Source: Bacteriovoracaceae bacterium (GTDB lineage Bacteria > Bdellovibrionota > Bacteriovoracia > Bacteriovoracales > Bacteriovoracaceae). From it: 64,000 nucleotides of DNA. Shown here piece by piece: positions 28,700 through 38,535 of the stretch. The stretch lies in assembly GCA_041586955.1 (NCBI GenBank), contig JBFGZE010000001.1:46494-110493 (forward strand). The letters are read 5' to 3'. A program made the position numbers and the translations under genes. Below the pieces are notes generated by a model. The model had not been told where the DNA came from. It was given only the letters and a program-made list of their open reading frames with translations, and made no database searches. Every line of letters begins with the position of its first letter. Position 1 is the stretch's first letter.

Positions 28700-29212
28700 T
28701 TACTTATTTTTTTTATTATAAAGAGCAATTACCTTATCTGTAATATTTGCAGACTTCTTAACAAAAATAGGAGCTGTAGAAAGTTCAAAAGTCATATCAA
28801 ATCCACCAGACTTAGAAACTTCATCAACGACACTTCTAATCTTTTCAAGAATTGGCTTTTTTAATTTTTGTTCCATTTCTTGGATTTCTTTTTGAAAAGT
28901 AACAGACTTTTGCTGAAGGCCTATAATTTTCTCTTGAATTTCTCTTTCTTTTTGAAGCTTGGCCTTATCATTCATCACAAGACTTTGCTTTTTGAAACTT
29001 TCTTGTAATTTGCGAATCGCCGCCTCTTCGTTCTTTAGGATCTTTTGCTTTTCATCAAACTTCTTTTTAAGTTTTTCACGAACTTTTTTTCCTTGATTAA
29101 CAGTCAAAAGAATCTTTTGAATATCGACTGTTGCAATTCCTGCGGCAAAGGTATTGGCACTTAAAATAAATGCTAATGCCATACTAATTAAAACCATTCC
29201 TTGTTTTTTCAT
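28700..29212 (-). CDS. skp: periplasmic chaperone Skp/OmpH
   Basis: Signal peptide, IATVDIQKIL, coiled coil, ANITDKVI; follows bamA. Confidence 0.9.
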   Translation of the reverse strand: MKKQGMVLISMALAFILSANTFAAGIATVDIQKILLTVNQGKKVREKLKKKFDEKQKILKNEEAAIRKLQESFKKQSLVMNDKAKLQKEREIQEKIIGLQQKSVTFQKEIQEMEQKLKKPILEKIRSVVDEVSKSGGFDMTFELSTAPIFVKKSANITDKVIALYNKKNK

Positions 29213-29232
29213 ATACACCTCTATTTATGTTT

Positions 29233-31533
29233 CTAGAATAATTGTCCTATATCGAAAATAAATTGACTACCGTTACCTTCACCAATTGGGTAACCAAATT
29301 CAAACCTGAGAACTCCAATCGGGGAAAACCAACGGAATCCAAAGCCATAATCCTTATGAAGCTTGAATTTTTTATAATCGCCTGCGTCACCTGCATCGAC
29401 AAAAAGTACCCATTTAAGTCCGGCTTCTTTTGCCAACGGGTGCTCTAGCTCAAATGTGGTGTAAGCATTAAAAAGACCTCGCATATTAAAAGTCTGCTGC
29501 TTGCCATTGATATCAAAAGTCTGTTTAGGTCCGATCGCTTCATAAGCGAAACCTCTAAGGTTTCTCGCTCCACCAAGGGAGAATTTTTCAGCTCGTGGAA
29601 TGGCCTGGCCATCGATACGCTCTAATTTCGCAGCATGGAGTCGAGCACGGAAAACAAGGTCGCCATAAACACGGTGATAAAAACGGCCATCAAACTCATT
29701 CTTTAACCATTTCTTATCAAAGCCAAGGCCTGAGTATTCAATAGCATAATTAAGGTAGAAGCCTTTTGATGGCTCAAACTTATTATCTCGCTTGTCATAA
29801 ACAATAGAGGAGCGAACGGAGGAGGAAATACCATTTTCTACTGCTTCGATAATTGTCGGGTCATCCGCTGTTTTAATCTCTGTTTCTTCTAATTTATAGG
29901 TCAGAAAAAGGCGGGTATAATCAAAGATTGGATAACCAATACGAGCATCAAAACCTTTCTTTAAAAAGCTAAATGATTCACTACTTTCGTTACGTTGATA
30001 AAAAACATCCCCACCAGCAGTCCACTTTGTGTCGAGAAAATACGGCTCTGTAAAACCTAAGTTAAAGTTTTTATTATCATCCGCCCAAGAAACAGAGAAA
30101 CTAAGATTTTGACCAAGTCCCATAAAGTTATTCTGAGAGATTGAACCTTGTAAAAAGAAACCTGAAGCGGTCGAGAATCCAGCTCCTAGAGAAATCTGTC
30201 CAGTATTTCTCTCTTTAACCGTAATTTCCACATCTAGGACATCGTCTCGACCGGGAGGCGAGACAGTATTGAAGATAACACTATTGGGCTCAAAAAATCC
30301 CAGGCGATTCACATTTTCTTTTGAACGACGTAGAGATGACCCAGAGAATTTCACGCCCTCACGGATCAATAACTCGCGACGAACGACCTTATCACGTGTT
30401 TTAGTATTACCCTTAACTGTAATGGCACCAAAATAAGCAATCTTCCCTTTTTCAAAAGAGAATTCCACATCAACTTTGTTTTCACCAGGTACCGGAACCA
30501 GGGTACGAAGAACGTTAGCAAACGCGTAACCTTCATCTTGATACATTTCTGTTAGGCCTTGAATATCCTGCCGCAAGAGGGCCTCAGAATAATTTTCACC
30601 GGTCTTAAGTTTAACCTTTTTCAACAACTCTTCATCTGAGAAAAGAAGCTCACCCTGAAAAGAGATCGAATTAACCTTAAAAAGTGGTCCTTCATTCACT
30701 TTCATCGTGATGAAAACCCATTTACGATCCTCAGAAATAGTAATCTCTGGGGAACCAATATTAACCTGAAGGTAACCTTTGGTTTGGTAAAAATACTTCA
30801 GTAATTCGACGTCATTTTGAAAATTGAATTCCTTAAAGTTACCTGAACCACTCATGAAGGAAAAAACGCCCTCCTCCCGGGTTTGCATAATGGCCTTTAA
30901 CTCAGGATCTTTAAAAGCAGAGTTTCCTAAAAAGGTAATGCGCTTAACTTTTACCTTTTCAAATTCTTGAACGTTGAATACCAGCTCCACATTATCATCT
31001 TCTTTCCGTTCGCGAATTTCATAATTAATGCGGGCCAGATAAAATCCCTTTTCCTCATATTGCTTTTGCAAGGCCTTGAGGTCAGATTTAATGGTATTAA
31101 TATCGAGGATGGAGAATTCTTTAGACTGAATATGAGTGGTTAGATCATCCTTATCCATCTCATTAAGGCCTTCAAAAGAAATTTTTGAAATAAGAGGCTT
31201 TTCTTTAACTTTAAAGATCAGTGTATTCTTGCCATCGATAACTTTTTTATGAGCTTCAACAAATTCAAAATATTTTAAGGTATAAATGCGGACGATGTCT
31301 TTGCGGAGAAGGTAATTATCAAGGATATTCCCTTTTTTGACGTGGACCTTTTCTAAGACCGCTTCAGACTCAACCTTTTTGAGTCCTTCAATCTTGATAT
31401 CATCAACACGAAAGAGATCTTTAGCTGGCCCTAAGTCTTCAATGGCCCATAGGGCCGATATTGAAATGAAAAATATAAATAATAAACGGCAGAATCCTTT
31501 CAAAATATCCCTTACTCCCATTAAGAGTTCCAT
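29233..31533 (-). CDS. bamA: outer-membrane protein assembly factor BamA
   Basis: POTRA repeats, GNTKTRDKVVRRE, LRGF, SPIGVLRFEFG, terminal Phe. Confidence 0.97.
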   Translation of the reverse strand: MELLMGVRDILKGFCRLLFIFFISISALWAIEDLGPAKDLFRVDDIKIEGLKKVESEAVLEKVHVKKGNILDNYLLRKDIVRIYTLKYFEFVEAHKKVIDGKNTLIFKVKEKPLISKISFEGLNEMDKDDLTTHIQSKEFSILDINTIKSDLKALQKQYEEKGFYLARINYEIRERKEDDNVELVFNVQEFEKVKVKRITFLGNSAFKDPELKAIMQTREEGVFSFMSGSGNFKEFNFQNDVELLKYFYQTKGYLQVNIGSPEITISEDRKWVFITMKVNEGPLFKVNSISFQGELLFSDEELLKKVKLKTGENYSEALLRQDIQGLTEMYQDEGYAFANVLRTLVPVPGENKVDVEFSFEKGKIAYFGAITVKGNTKTRDKVVRRELLIREGVKFSGSSLRRSKENVNRLGFFEPNSVIFNTVSPPGRDDVLDVEITVKERNTGQISLGAGFSTASGFFLQGSISQNNFMGLGQNLSFSVSWADDNKNFNLGFTEPYFLDTKWTAGGDVFYQRNESSESFSFLKKGFDARIGYPIFDYTRLFLTYKLEETEIKTADDPTIIEAVENGISSSVRSSIVYDKRDNKFEPSKGFYLNYAIEYSGLGFDKKWLKNEFDGRFYHRVYGDLVFRARLHAAKLERIDGQAIPRAEKFSLGGARNLRGFAYEAIGPKQTFDINGKQQTFNMRGLFNAYTTFELEHPLAKEAGLKWVLFVDAGDAGDYKKFKLHKDYGFGFRWFSPIGVLRFEFGYPIGEGNGSQFIFDIGQLF

Positions 31534-31648
31534 CTGATGACGCAGTCAGCATTAAAGACTGTTCCCATCATCTCAATATGAGATAGAAAAAGTTAACAAT
31601 TTCCATACGAACTTACAAAAACATTTTGTGATTTTTATGAAAAGAACA

Positions 31649-32308
31649 TCAATTAACAATAACACCGTCGCGCATAAATACCTGATGAGGGAATTGTGAC
31701 GCAACTTGTTTATCATGAGTGACAACCACCAAGGTCGAGCCTAATTGGACGGCCATATCCTTTAATAATTGAGTTACAATTTGACCATTTTCAGAATCCA
31801 GATTCCCTGTTGGCTCATCACATAAAAGAATTTCTGGCCCCATTGAAAGGGCACGGATTAAATTAACTCGTTGCTGCTCGCCACCTGATAATTCAAAGGG
31901 AAACTTTTTAAGAACGTGAGTCACCCCCAAAACCTGAGCAAAATGTAGGCATTTTTCTTTGACCAACTTAGTCGACGTTCCTGATATTTTGGCGGGTAAT
32001 AAAATATTGTCCAAACAATTCATCGAAGGCAAAAGAAAGTGAAATTGAAAAACAAAACCAATCGATTGGTTGCGATAGGCCGCCAACTCGTCATCACTCA
32101 TTTCCCCTAAAACCTTATTATCTACGGTAATCGTGCCACTGGTCGGATGATCCAGGCCACCAAGAAGGTATAATAAGGTGGATTTACCACAACCAGAAGA
32201 GCCTTGGATCGCATATTGCTGACCTCTCTGTAAATTTAAATTAACTCCATTAAGAGCATGCACTTTACCAAAATAACGGGTGATATTCTCAATCTCAATA
32301 AAGGCCAT
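31649..32308 (-). CDS. lolD: lipoprotein-releasing ABC transporter ATPase
   Basis: GSSGCGKSTLL, FVFQFHFLL, LSGGEQQRV, DEPTGNLD. Confidence 0.85.
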   Translation of the reverse strand: MAFIEIENITRYFGKVHALNGVNLNLQRGQQYAIQGSSGCGKSTLLYLLGGLDHPTSGTITVDNKVLGEMSDDELAAYRNQSIGFVFQFHFLLPSMNCLDNILLPAKISGTSTKLVKEKCLHFAQVLGVTHVLKKFPFELSGGEQQRVNLIRALSMGPEILLCDEPTGNLDSENGQIVTQLLKDMAVQLGSTLVVVTHDKQVASQFPHQVFMRDGVIVN

Positions 32309-33516
32309 TAGGTAAACTCCTTTCTCAGTCCGTATAAAATAGGTCTTACTCGCAAGCGGTAAAGAACAATCAGTGATAATAGGATAATCCAGGCCAAGGC
32401 CACACCAAAAACCAGCCCATAATCTAGAAGATCAATGTGAATTTGTAAGCGGGAGAGCCCATAAACCTCCCCGGGCAGTTCAAATAAAGGTAAGTACTTC
32501 AGCCCTAAATTAAAAACAAAAACCAGCCCTATGGATAAAAGGCAGGATAAGGCCCAAATCCCCATCATAAAAAGAAACCAAATACGGTTAAGTTGCTTTT
32601 GATTCATCCCCATCGCCTTAAATAGGAATATTTCCCGCGCCCGTTTTTCATTAAAGAACGAGACAAACGCTAAAACATTAAAAATGGAAATAACCACGAT
32701 TAATTGCAAAATTATGCCGATATATTTTTTTTGATCTTCCACTGCCTCAAAGAGGTCTTGAAAATCGCGCCAAAATGGTTTGACGATATATTCAAATTGC
32801 AGGCGCTCCTCCATATCAAAAATAAAATCATCTATGGCCAATTGGCGGTTGCCTTTGCGAAAAACCTTTAAGCGTTCTTCAGGAATATTGAGAGACACCA
32901 CATTAATCTTTCCCTCACTATGAATGCCTGATTGCAGTTCATCCAAATTGACGTAAACCAGACGCATATTCTTTTCGTAAATACCATGATCGATTACACC
33001 GCGCACCTTAAAGCGCTGTAGGGAGGGCATCCCAGATACCGTGCGATTACCTCCGGCCAAGGCAATGACAATATCATCACCTTTTTTGACCTTAAGAGTT
33101 TTCGCCAATCCCATACCGAGAACCGCTTCTTCTGGTTCTAAAGATAGCGCAAGGCCCGTCACCTTCGAAAACTCTTGTGGCCGGACCCCTTTAAGAAGGA
33201 TCCCTTTGGAGGTTTCATGATGGACAATAAAGCCCTCAGTTTGAATATGCGGAGAAATGGCATTAACTTTGAGTTCTTTTAAAACAGGTAAAACTTTATT
33301 GTAAGAAAAGAAACCTTTTCCCCAATAAAGAACAATATCTCCCGTGGACTTACGCAACCCTTCTCGCATGACATGGCCAAAACCATCCATAATACCAATT
33401 GTGCTCAAAATCACAGCAATAGAAAAGGCCAGCCCCAAAGTTACCGTCACGGCAAACTTCTTGCTCGCTTTCTCTTCAAGGAATAAAATCCGGAAAAATA
33501 CTGAAATAAACTTCAT
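32308..33516 (-). CDS. lipoprotein-releasing ABC transporter permease (LolC/E family)
   Basis: TM1 plus IMDGF, periplasmic domain, three C-terminal TM helices; adjacent to lolD. Confidence 0.85.
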   Translation of the reverse strand: MKFISVFFRILFLEEKASKKFAVTVTLGLAFSIAVILSTIGIMDGFGHVMREGLRKSTGDIVLYWGKGFFSYNKVLPVLKELKVNAISPHIQTEGFIVHHETSKGILLKGVRPQEFSKVTGLALSLEPEEAVLGMGLAKTLKVKKGDDIVIALAGGNRTVSGMPSLQRFKVRGVIDHGIYEKNMRLVYVNLDELQSGIHSEGKINVVSLNIPEERLKVFRKGNRQLAIDDFIFDMEERLQFEYIVKPFWRDFQDLFEAVEDQKKYIGIILQLIVVISIFNVLAFVSFFNEKRAREIFLFKAMGMNQKQLNRIWFLFMMGIWALSCLLSIGLVFVFNLGLKYLPLFELPGEVYGLSRLQIHIDLLDYGLVFGVALAWIILLSLIVLYRLRVRPILYGLRKEFT

Positions 33517-33518
33517 GT

Positions 33519-34653
33519 CTATTCATCATCCTTAATATCTTGCTCCACACCCCAACGTAGAAATGAATCCATAAACGGGTCTAAATCACCGTCGAGAACA
33601 CGATCAGCATTAGAGCTTTCGCAATTGGTGCGATGGTCTTTCACCAGCTTATAAGGATGAAGGACATAGGAGCGAATCTGCGCTCCCCATTCAATTTTCT
33701 TTTTATTGGCCTCAGTTTCACTTTCCTGGGCGCGCCTCTCTTCCATTGCCTTTTCATAGAGCCGTGAACGCAGAACTTTCATTGCCTGCAATTTGTTTTG
33801 CAATTGAGAGCGTTCATTTTGGCAATTGACGACGACACCTGAGGGGATATGGGTGATTCGCACAGCAGAGTCCGTGGTGTTAACTGATTGGCCTCCCGCC
33901 CCACCTGAGCGGAAAACATCAATACGCAAATCCTTATCCTCTATTTCAATTTCAATATCATCATCCACTTCAGGAGAGACAAAAAGAGAAGCAAAGGAGG
34001 TGTGGCGCCTAGCAGCAGAATCAAAGGGGGAAATGCGTACCAAGCGATGAACCCCACTCTCCGATTTTGCCAGCCCATAGGCATAAGGGCCTTCAATCAT
34101 TAGAGTCGCAGATTTAATACCGGCAGTATCCCCGGCCTGAACATCGAGAACTTGAGTTTTAAAAGATTTTCTTTCTGCCCATCTCGTTATCATCCGATAA
34201 AGCATATGGGCCCAATCACAGGACTCTGTACCACCAGCGCCAGAATTAATCGAAATAATGGCGTTATGGGTATCCATTTCATCAGAAAGGAGGACTTTTT
34301 GCTCGGCCCTTAAAAAGGCATTATTAAATTTTTCAAAAACATCGAGCGCTTCTTGCGCGGAGTCTTCATCCTCTTCAGCGTATTCATAGAGAATATCAAA
34401 TTCATCATAAAGACTTTTTAGCTCGCTATAAACAGAGATAATGTCCTGTAAAAGACCTTTTTCCTTTTGTACTTTAGTGGCATGGTCATTATCTTCCCAA
34501 AACCCTTCTAGCGCCTCTAGATCACTGATCTCACTAAGGCGAGCTTTCTTACGGTCAATGTCAAAGTGACCTCCTGAGCATCTCTAATTTTACATCATGG
34601 CCTTTTAGGCCTGAACGACACTCATCCAATTTAATCTTAAGGGATTGATCCAT
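33519..34653 (-). CDS. prfB: peptide chain release factor 2, expressed by programmed +1 frameshift (377 aa)
   Basis: 30 codons from ATG 34653 to AGG AGG TCA CTT TGA C; the +1 frame is open from 34562 to TAG 33519; SPF and GGQ motifs present. Confidence 0.97.
34560..34575 (-). promoter_or_regulatory. prfB autoregulatory frameshift cassette
   Basis: Internal SD AGGAGG, 3-nt spacer, CTT TGA C. Confidence 0.97.
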
Positions 34654-35206
34654 TAACCTCTCCTACTTTCTGCAATATATTTCCCACGATCTGATCTTCA
34701 AGACGGAACATTAAATTTTCCTCTTCTTGTGAGATTTCGTGGTCAAAGCCGATCAGGTGCAGAATACCATGAATAAATAATTGTAGCACTTCCTGATGAT
34801 AGGAAATCTTAAATTCCTCGGCCTGCTTGATGGCCACTTCTTTGGAAATAATAATATCACCCAAGTTCAACTCTCTCAATTCAACTGGGGACTCCTCTCT
34901 TTGACCAAGCCGCAAAGAGTCGTGTACGGGAAAAGACAAAACATCTGTGGTTTGATCTTTGCCGCGGTAATCACGATTTAACTCTGTCATTTTCTCATCA
35001 TCACAGAGAGTCACTGTAAGAGAAACGACTCCGATGGACAGCGCCGACCATTTCAGACCTTCATATGTTAGAAGGAAAGGTTCAAGAACTTCCAATGCCG
35101 ATTGGAACATAACCTGATAAGATTGTTTATCACTTTCTGCCAAATCTGAATGAATCAGATCCAGTTCGATTAATTCTGTTTTAATGGTGCCCATCGTCAT
35201 ATTCAA
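34637..35206 (-). CDS. ybeY: rRNA maturation endoribonuclease
   Basis: LNRDYRGKDQTTDVLSFP, LGDIII, HGILHLIGFDH. Confidence 0.95.
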   Translation of the reverse strand: MNMTMGTIKTELIELDLIHSDLAESDKQSYQVMFQSALEVLEPFLLTYEGLKWSALSIGVVSLTVTLCDDEKMTELNRDYRGKDQTTDVLSFPVHDSLRLGQREESPVELRELNLGDIIISKEVAIKQAEEFKISYHQEVLQLFIHGILHLIGFDHEISQEEENLMFRLEDQIVGNILQKVGEVNGSIP

Positions 35207-35257
35207 AGTCCTTTAATGAAGCTACAATGATACCAAATCCAATAACGGGAGTAAAAA

Positions 35258-36070
35258 ATGAATTACCCAGGCCTTGAACAATTAATCGATGTGGTCGCCA
35301 AACTGCGAGACCCAGAAAATGGATGTCCCTGGGACCTAAAACAAACCCATTCCAGTCTTTTGCGCTACATCATTGAAGAAACTTACGAATTTGTCGATGC
35401 TGTCGAAAAAAATGATACCGCCCATATGGAAGAAGAAATTGGCGATGTCCTCCTCCAAGTCATTCTCCACTCACAATTGGCAAGTGAAAAAGACCATTTT
35501 ACGGTGGACTCAGTCGCTCAAAAATTGGCCACCAAACTTATCCGCCGCCATCCTCACGTTTTTGAGGATAATAATGAGACCTTAAGTGCAGAAGACGTGC
35601 GTGAAAATTGGGAAAAAATCAAGGAAGAGGAGAAAAATGAGGGCCCCCAAAGCGAAACCTTAATCGAAGATAGCATTCTACGCTGCCCTTCACTCCATAG
35701 TGCTTTTAAAATTGGTGAGAAGACACAAAAAATTCGCTTTGATTGGGATGACCATTCACAAGTCATGTATAAAGTCGAAGAAGAGTGGCAGGAATTAAAA
35801 GAAGAGCTGGCGCCTCAGGCGCGGAGAAACTCCGCTAAAATTCAAGAAGAGATGGGTGATTTTCTTTTTTCCATTGCTCAATTGGCACGGCACCTTGATA
35901 TGGACCCCGAGGAGACTCTACGCCTCGCCAATAAAAAATTTCTACGCCGCTTCCGCTCCATGGAAGAACTTATCAAAAGTGAGCAAAAAGATATTAAAGA
36001 AATGAATCAAAAACAAATGGATGAATATTGGAACATGGCCAAACGGAGAGAGAATGCCTCTCAAAAATAA
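35258..36070 (+). CDS. mazG: nucleoside triphosphate pyrophosphohydrolase
   Basis: LRDPENGCPWD, IEETYE, EEIGDVL, RRHPHVF, second domain EEMGD. Confidence 0.95.
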   Translation: MNYPGLEQLIDVVAKLRDPENGCPWDLKQTHSSLLRYIIEETYEFVDAVEKNDTAHMEEEIGDVLLQVILHSQLASEKDHFTVDSVAQKLATKLIRRHPHVFEDNNETLSAEDVRENWEKIKEEEKNEGPQSETLIEDSILRCPSLHSAFKIGEKTQKIRFDWDDHSQVMYKVEEEWQELKEELAPQARRNSAKIQEEMGDFLFSIAQLARHLDMDPEETLRLANKKFLRRFRSMEELIKSEQKDIKEMNQKQMDEYWNMAKRRENASQK

Positions 36071-36692
36071 ATATATTCGTCTCTCCACGAAAAATCGGCT
36101 TCATCATATAAATATTCCGATCATTGGCCTAACTGGTGGCATAGCCACGGGAAAGTCGACAGTCGCCAAAATCCTTTTAGAAAAGGGTTATGCTGTGATT
36201 GATGCCGACCAATTAGTGAAGAAAATCTATCACACCGAAGAGGCCAAAGAATTTGTCAACTCACTAAACCCTAACTTCTTACAAGATGGAAAAATCCAAT
36301 TTACGCTCTTAAGAGAGCAGGCATTTACCCGCCCCGAACTCCTCTCTTCTCTTGAAGCCTTTCTTTATCAAAGAATGCCAGAGTTTTTTAACCAGGCCCT
36401 GGCCACTTTTAATCCCTGCGATTTTTGTATTTATGATGTTCCCTTACTCTTTGAAAAAAACTTAGATCCTCTCGTTGATATTAGCATTTGTGTTTACGCT
36501 CCACTTGAACTGCAAATAGAGCGTTTAATAGCAAGGGATGGTATTGATAAGGGCCTGGCAGAAAAAATTATCGGGCAGCAAATGAGCATAGAAGAAAAAA
36601 AGAAAAAGGCCAATTTTATTCTAGAAAATGTTGGGGATAAGAATGAATTAAACAATCATGTCGATCATTGCCTGCGAGAATTATTGGTCTAA
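36054..36692 (+). CDS. coaE: dephospho-CoA kinase
   Basis: IGLTGGIATGKST, IDAD, DVPLLFE, RLIARD. Confidence 0.93.
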   Translation: MPLKNKYIRLSTKNRLHHINIPIIGLTGGIATGKSTVAKILLEKGYAVIDADQLVKKIYHTEEAKEFVNSLNPNFLQDGKIQFTLLREQAFTRPELLSSLEAFLYQRMPEFFNQALATFNPCDFCIYDVPLLFEKNLDPLVDISICVYAPLELQIERLIARDGIDKGLAEKIIGQQMSIEEKKKKANFILENVGDKNELNNHVDHCLRELLV

Positions 36693-36727
36693 TTCCAAAA
36701 AAGAATCAAAATCAATATTATCCTCCT

Positions 36728-37924
36728 TTAAGTGAAGAGCTCTCCAATGTATATACCTGTAAATCCTAAGATTTGAGAGACAAAAAAAGCGGCAATAAGG
36801 GTTATCGTCACTCCCGGTGATTGATGCACCCGAGCAAGTCTCTCCCTCTCAAACACTTCAACTTGATTGGGGATAGCGGTTTTATAGAGACCAATCTTTG
36901 CCAGGGACTCACGTAAATTTTCATAAGTCCGATATTCAAAATCATATTGTGCACTTAAATTTTTCAAAGCATGAGCATCAGGTAAGCTTTGGTAACTCTT
37001 TCCTTTAATTCGTTTGAGGTATTTCAATTTCGTTCTAAGGGTAATACCCAGATCTTTATAAATATTTTCATAACGCCTCATTTGGTTAAGAGGCCCAAAT
37101 TTTTGCAATTTAAGATTATCATTATTCTGGCCCTTCATTTGCTGGCGCAAATTCTCGATTTGTGTAAGGTTTTCTGAGCGAGATAATCTAAGGCGGGCCA
37201 CTTCTTTTTCCAACTCATCAATGAGATCTGATTGATACCGAGAGTATTCAGGTGTTAATTGACTATCACCATTTTTAATTTTTTCAACTTGTTCCGCTTG
37301 CATACCGGCCAGGCGATTTCTTAGATTTTCGACCTCAAACGTGAAGAACTCTTCGGCCTTATTGAAATCGATCAATTCCCTTTCAATCAAATCTTGACGC
37401 GCAAATCTGAGCGCCTCATTGACAAGATAGAGTGACCATTCCCGATTACGGCTTTTTGCCAAAATCGTTAATTGGCCACCATGGCCTGGGATATAACGAA
37501 TGGCCTGCTGTAAATGAGCAGGTAGAAATGCCTCTCTGCTGCCAGTAAAATGACGTTGAAGATAAAGACCGATTTCTCTATTGGCCTGGTTTTTATTTTT
37601 TAAAATAAAGGTGGAAAGTTTTTGAGCAAAAGCGTAGGTTTGTAAATAATTGGCGGCCAAATTAACGCGATCATAGCCTTTGGGTAGATCGCGGTAGGGG
37701 GCCTGACCGGCCATCGTGCGGACGAATGATTGAATTTGGCTATTACGGAAATCTTTTAATAATAAAATCCCACGAGCGGGAAATTGAGGGAAAAGTTTGA
37801 GCTTGATAAGGGCCAAAATAATAAAAGTTAAGGCCAACACGAGAAGAATTTTGCGTTTTTGCCAATAAACGTCCAATGCCTGGCGCATGGAAAAGTCTGT
37901 TAAATGAGAAGAATTATCATTCAC
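36728..37924 (-). CDS. polysaccharide co-polymerase (Wzz/GumC-like, no kinase domain)
   Basis: TM helix near each terminus, periplasmic coiled coil, SP before TM2. Confidence 0.65.
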   Translation of the reverse strand: MNDNSSHLTDFSMRQALDVYWQKRKILLVLALTFIILALIKLKLFPQFPARGILLLKDFRNSQIQSFVRTMAGQAPYRDLPKGYDRVNLAANYLQTYAFAQKLSTFILKNKNQANREIGLYLQRHFTGSREAFLPAHLQQAIRYIPGHGGQLTILAKSRNREWSLYLVNEALRFARQDLIERELIDFNKAEEFFTFEVENLRNRLAGMQAEQVEKIKNGDSQLTPEYSRYQSDLIDELEKEVARLRLSRSENLTQIENLRQQMKGQNNDNLKLQKFGPLNQMRRYENIYKDLGITLRTKLKYLKRIKGKSYQSLPDAHALKNLSAQYDFEYRTYENLRESLAKIGLYKTAIPNQVEVFERERLARVHQSPGVTITLIAAFFVSQILGFTGIYIGELFT

Positions 37925-38028
37925 GGCTTTCTCTTTTGTTGGAATTGTCCTAATCTTCTATTTTCTGTTTTGAGTCCTTGATAAAAATTGTCATGCCTGA
38001 AGTCTATTTTTGCTGGAGGGAGCTTATC

Positions 38029-38535
38029 ATGAATTTAGTCAAATACTTGAACTCTTTTCTTATTATTTTTCTATTATTATGCAATCCGCTAGGTCAAATT
38101 CATGCCCAAGGTCGACAAGATTCTGATTTCGAGCTTTTAAGGCCCAGTGAATATAAGTTTCAAAACTTTAAAGATCAGGAGCTTATTGCAGTGCGCCTGT
38201 TAGGGGCAGTTACAAAGGCCGGCCTTTACCATATCCCCAAAAACTTAACCCTCGCAACCCTTCTCTCTCTCGCTGGCGGGCCAACTCCCAATGCAAATTT
38301 GCAAGAGGTTATCATTACCAATGATCAAGAAACTTATAAACGCCATAACACCTATAACTTTGTTGACTCCTTAGAAACTGGTGACCCTTCTCCCTACACT
38401 CTGAAACCCCATGATATTATATTACTTAAAAAGAAAAGGCCTTTTATTAGCTCGGATACGTGGCGCTTTGTCACCATCGGCTCTGTACTTTTGACCTCAG
38501 TACTCACCGCCTTGGCCATCGATGATCGCATATGA
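38029..38535 (+). CDS. SLBB-domain polysaccharide export protein (short Wza-like)
   Basis: VRLLGAVTKAGLY...LLSLAGG, LKPHDII, C-terminal amphipathic helix. Confidence 0.75.
   Translation: MNLVKYLNSFLIIFLLLCNPLGQIHAQGRQDSDFELLRPSEYKFQNFKDQELIAVRLLGAVTKAGLYHIPKNLTLATLLSLAGGPTPNANLQEVIITNDQETYKRHNTYNFVDSLETGDPSPYTLKPHDIILLKKKRPFISSDTWRFVTIGSVLLTSVLTALAIDDRI

Noticed and set aside
33519..34277. prfB as a truncated gene or pseudogene
   Set aside because: Fully explained by the canonical programmed +1 frameshift.
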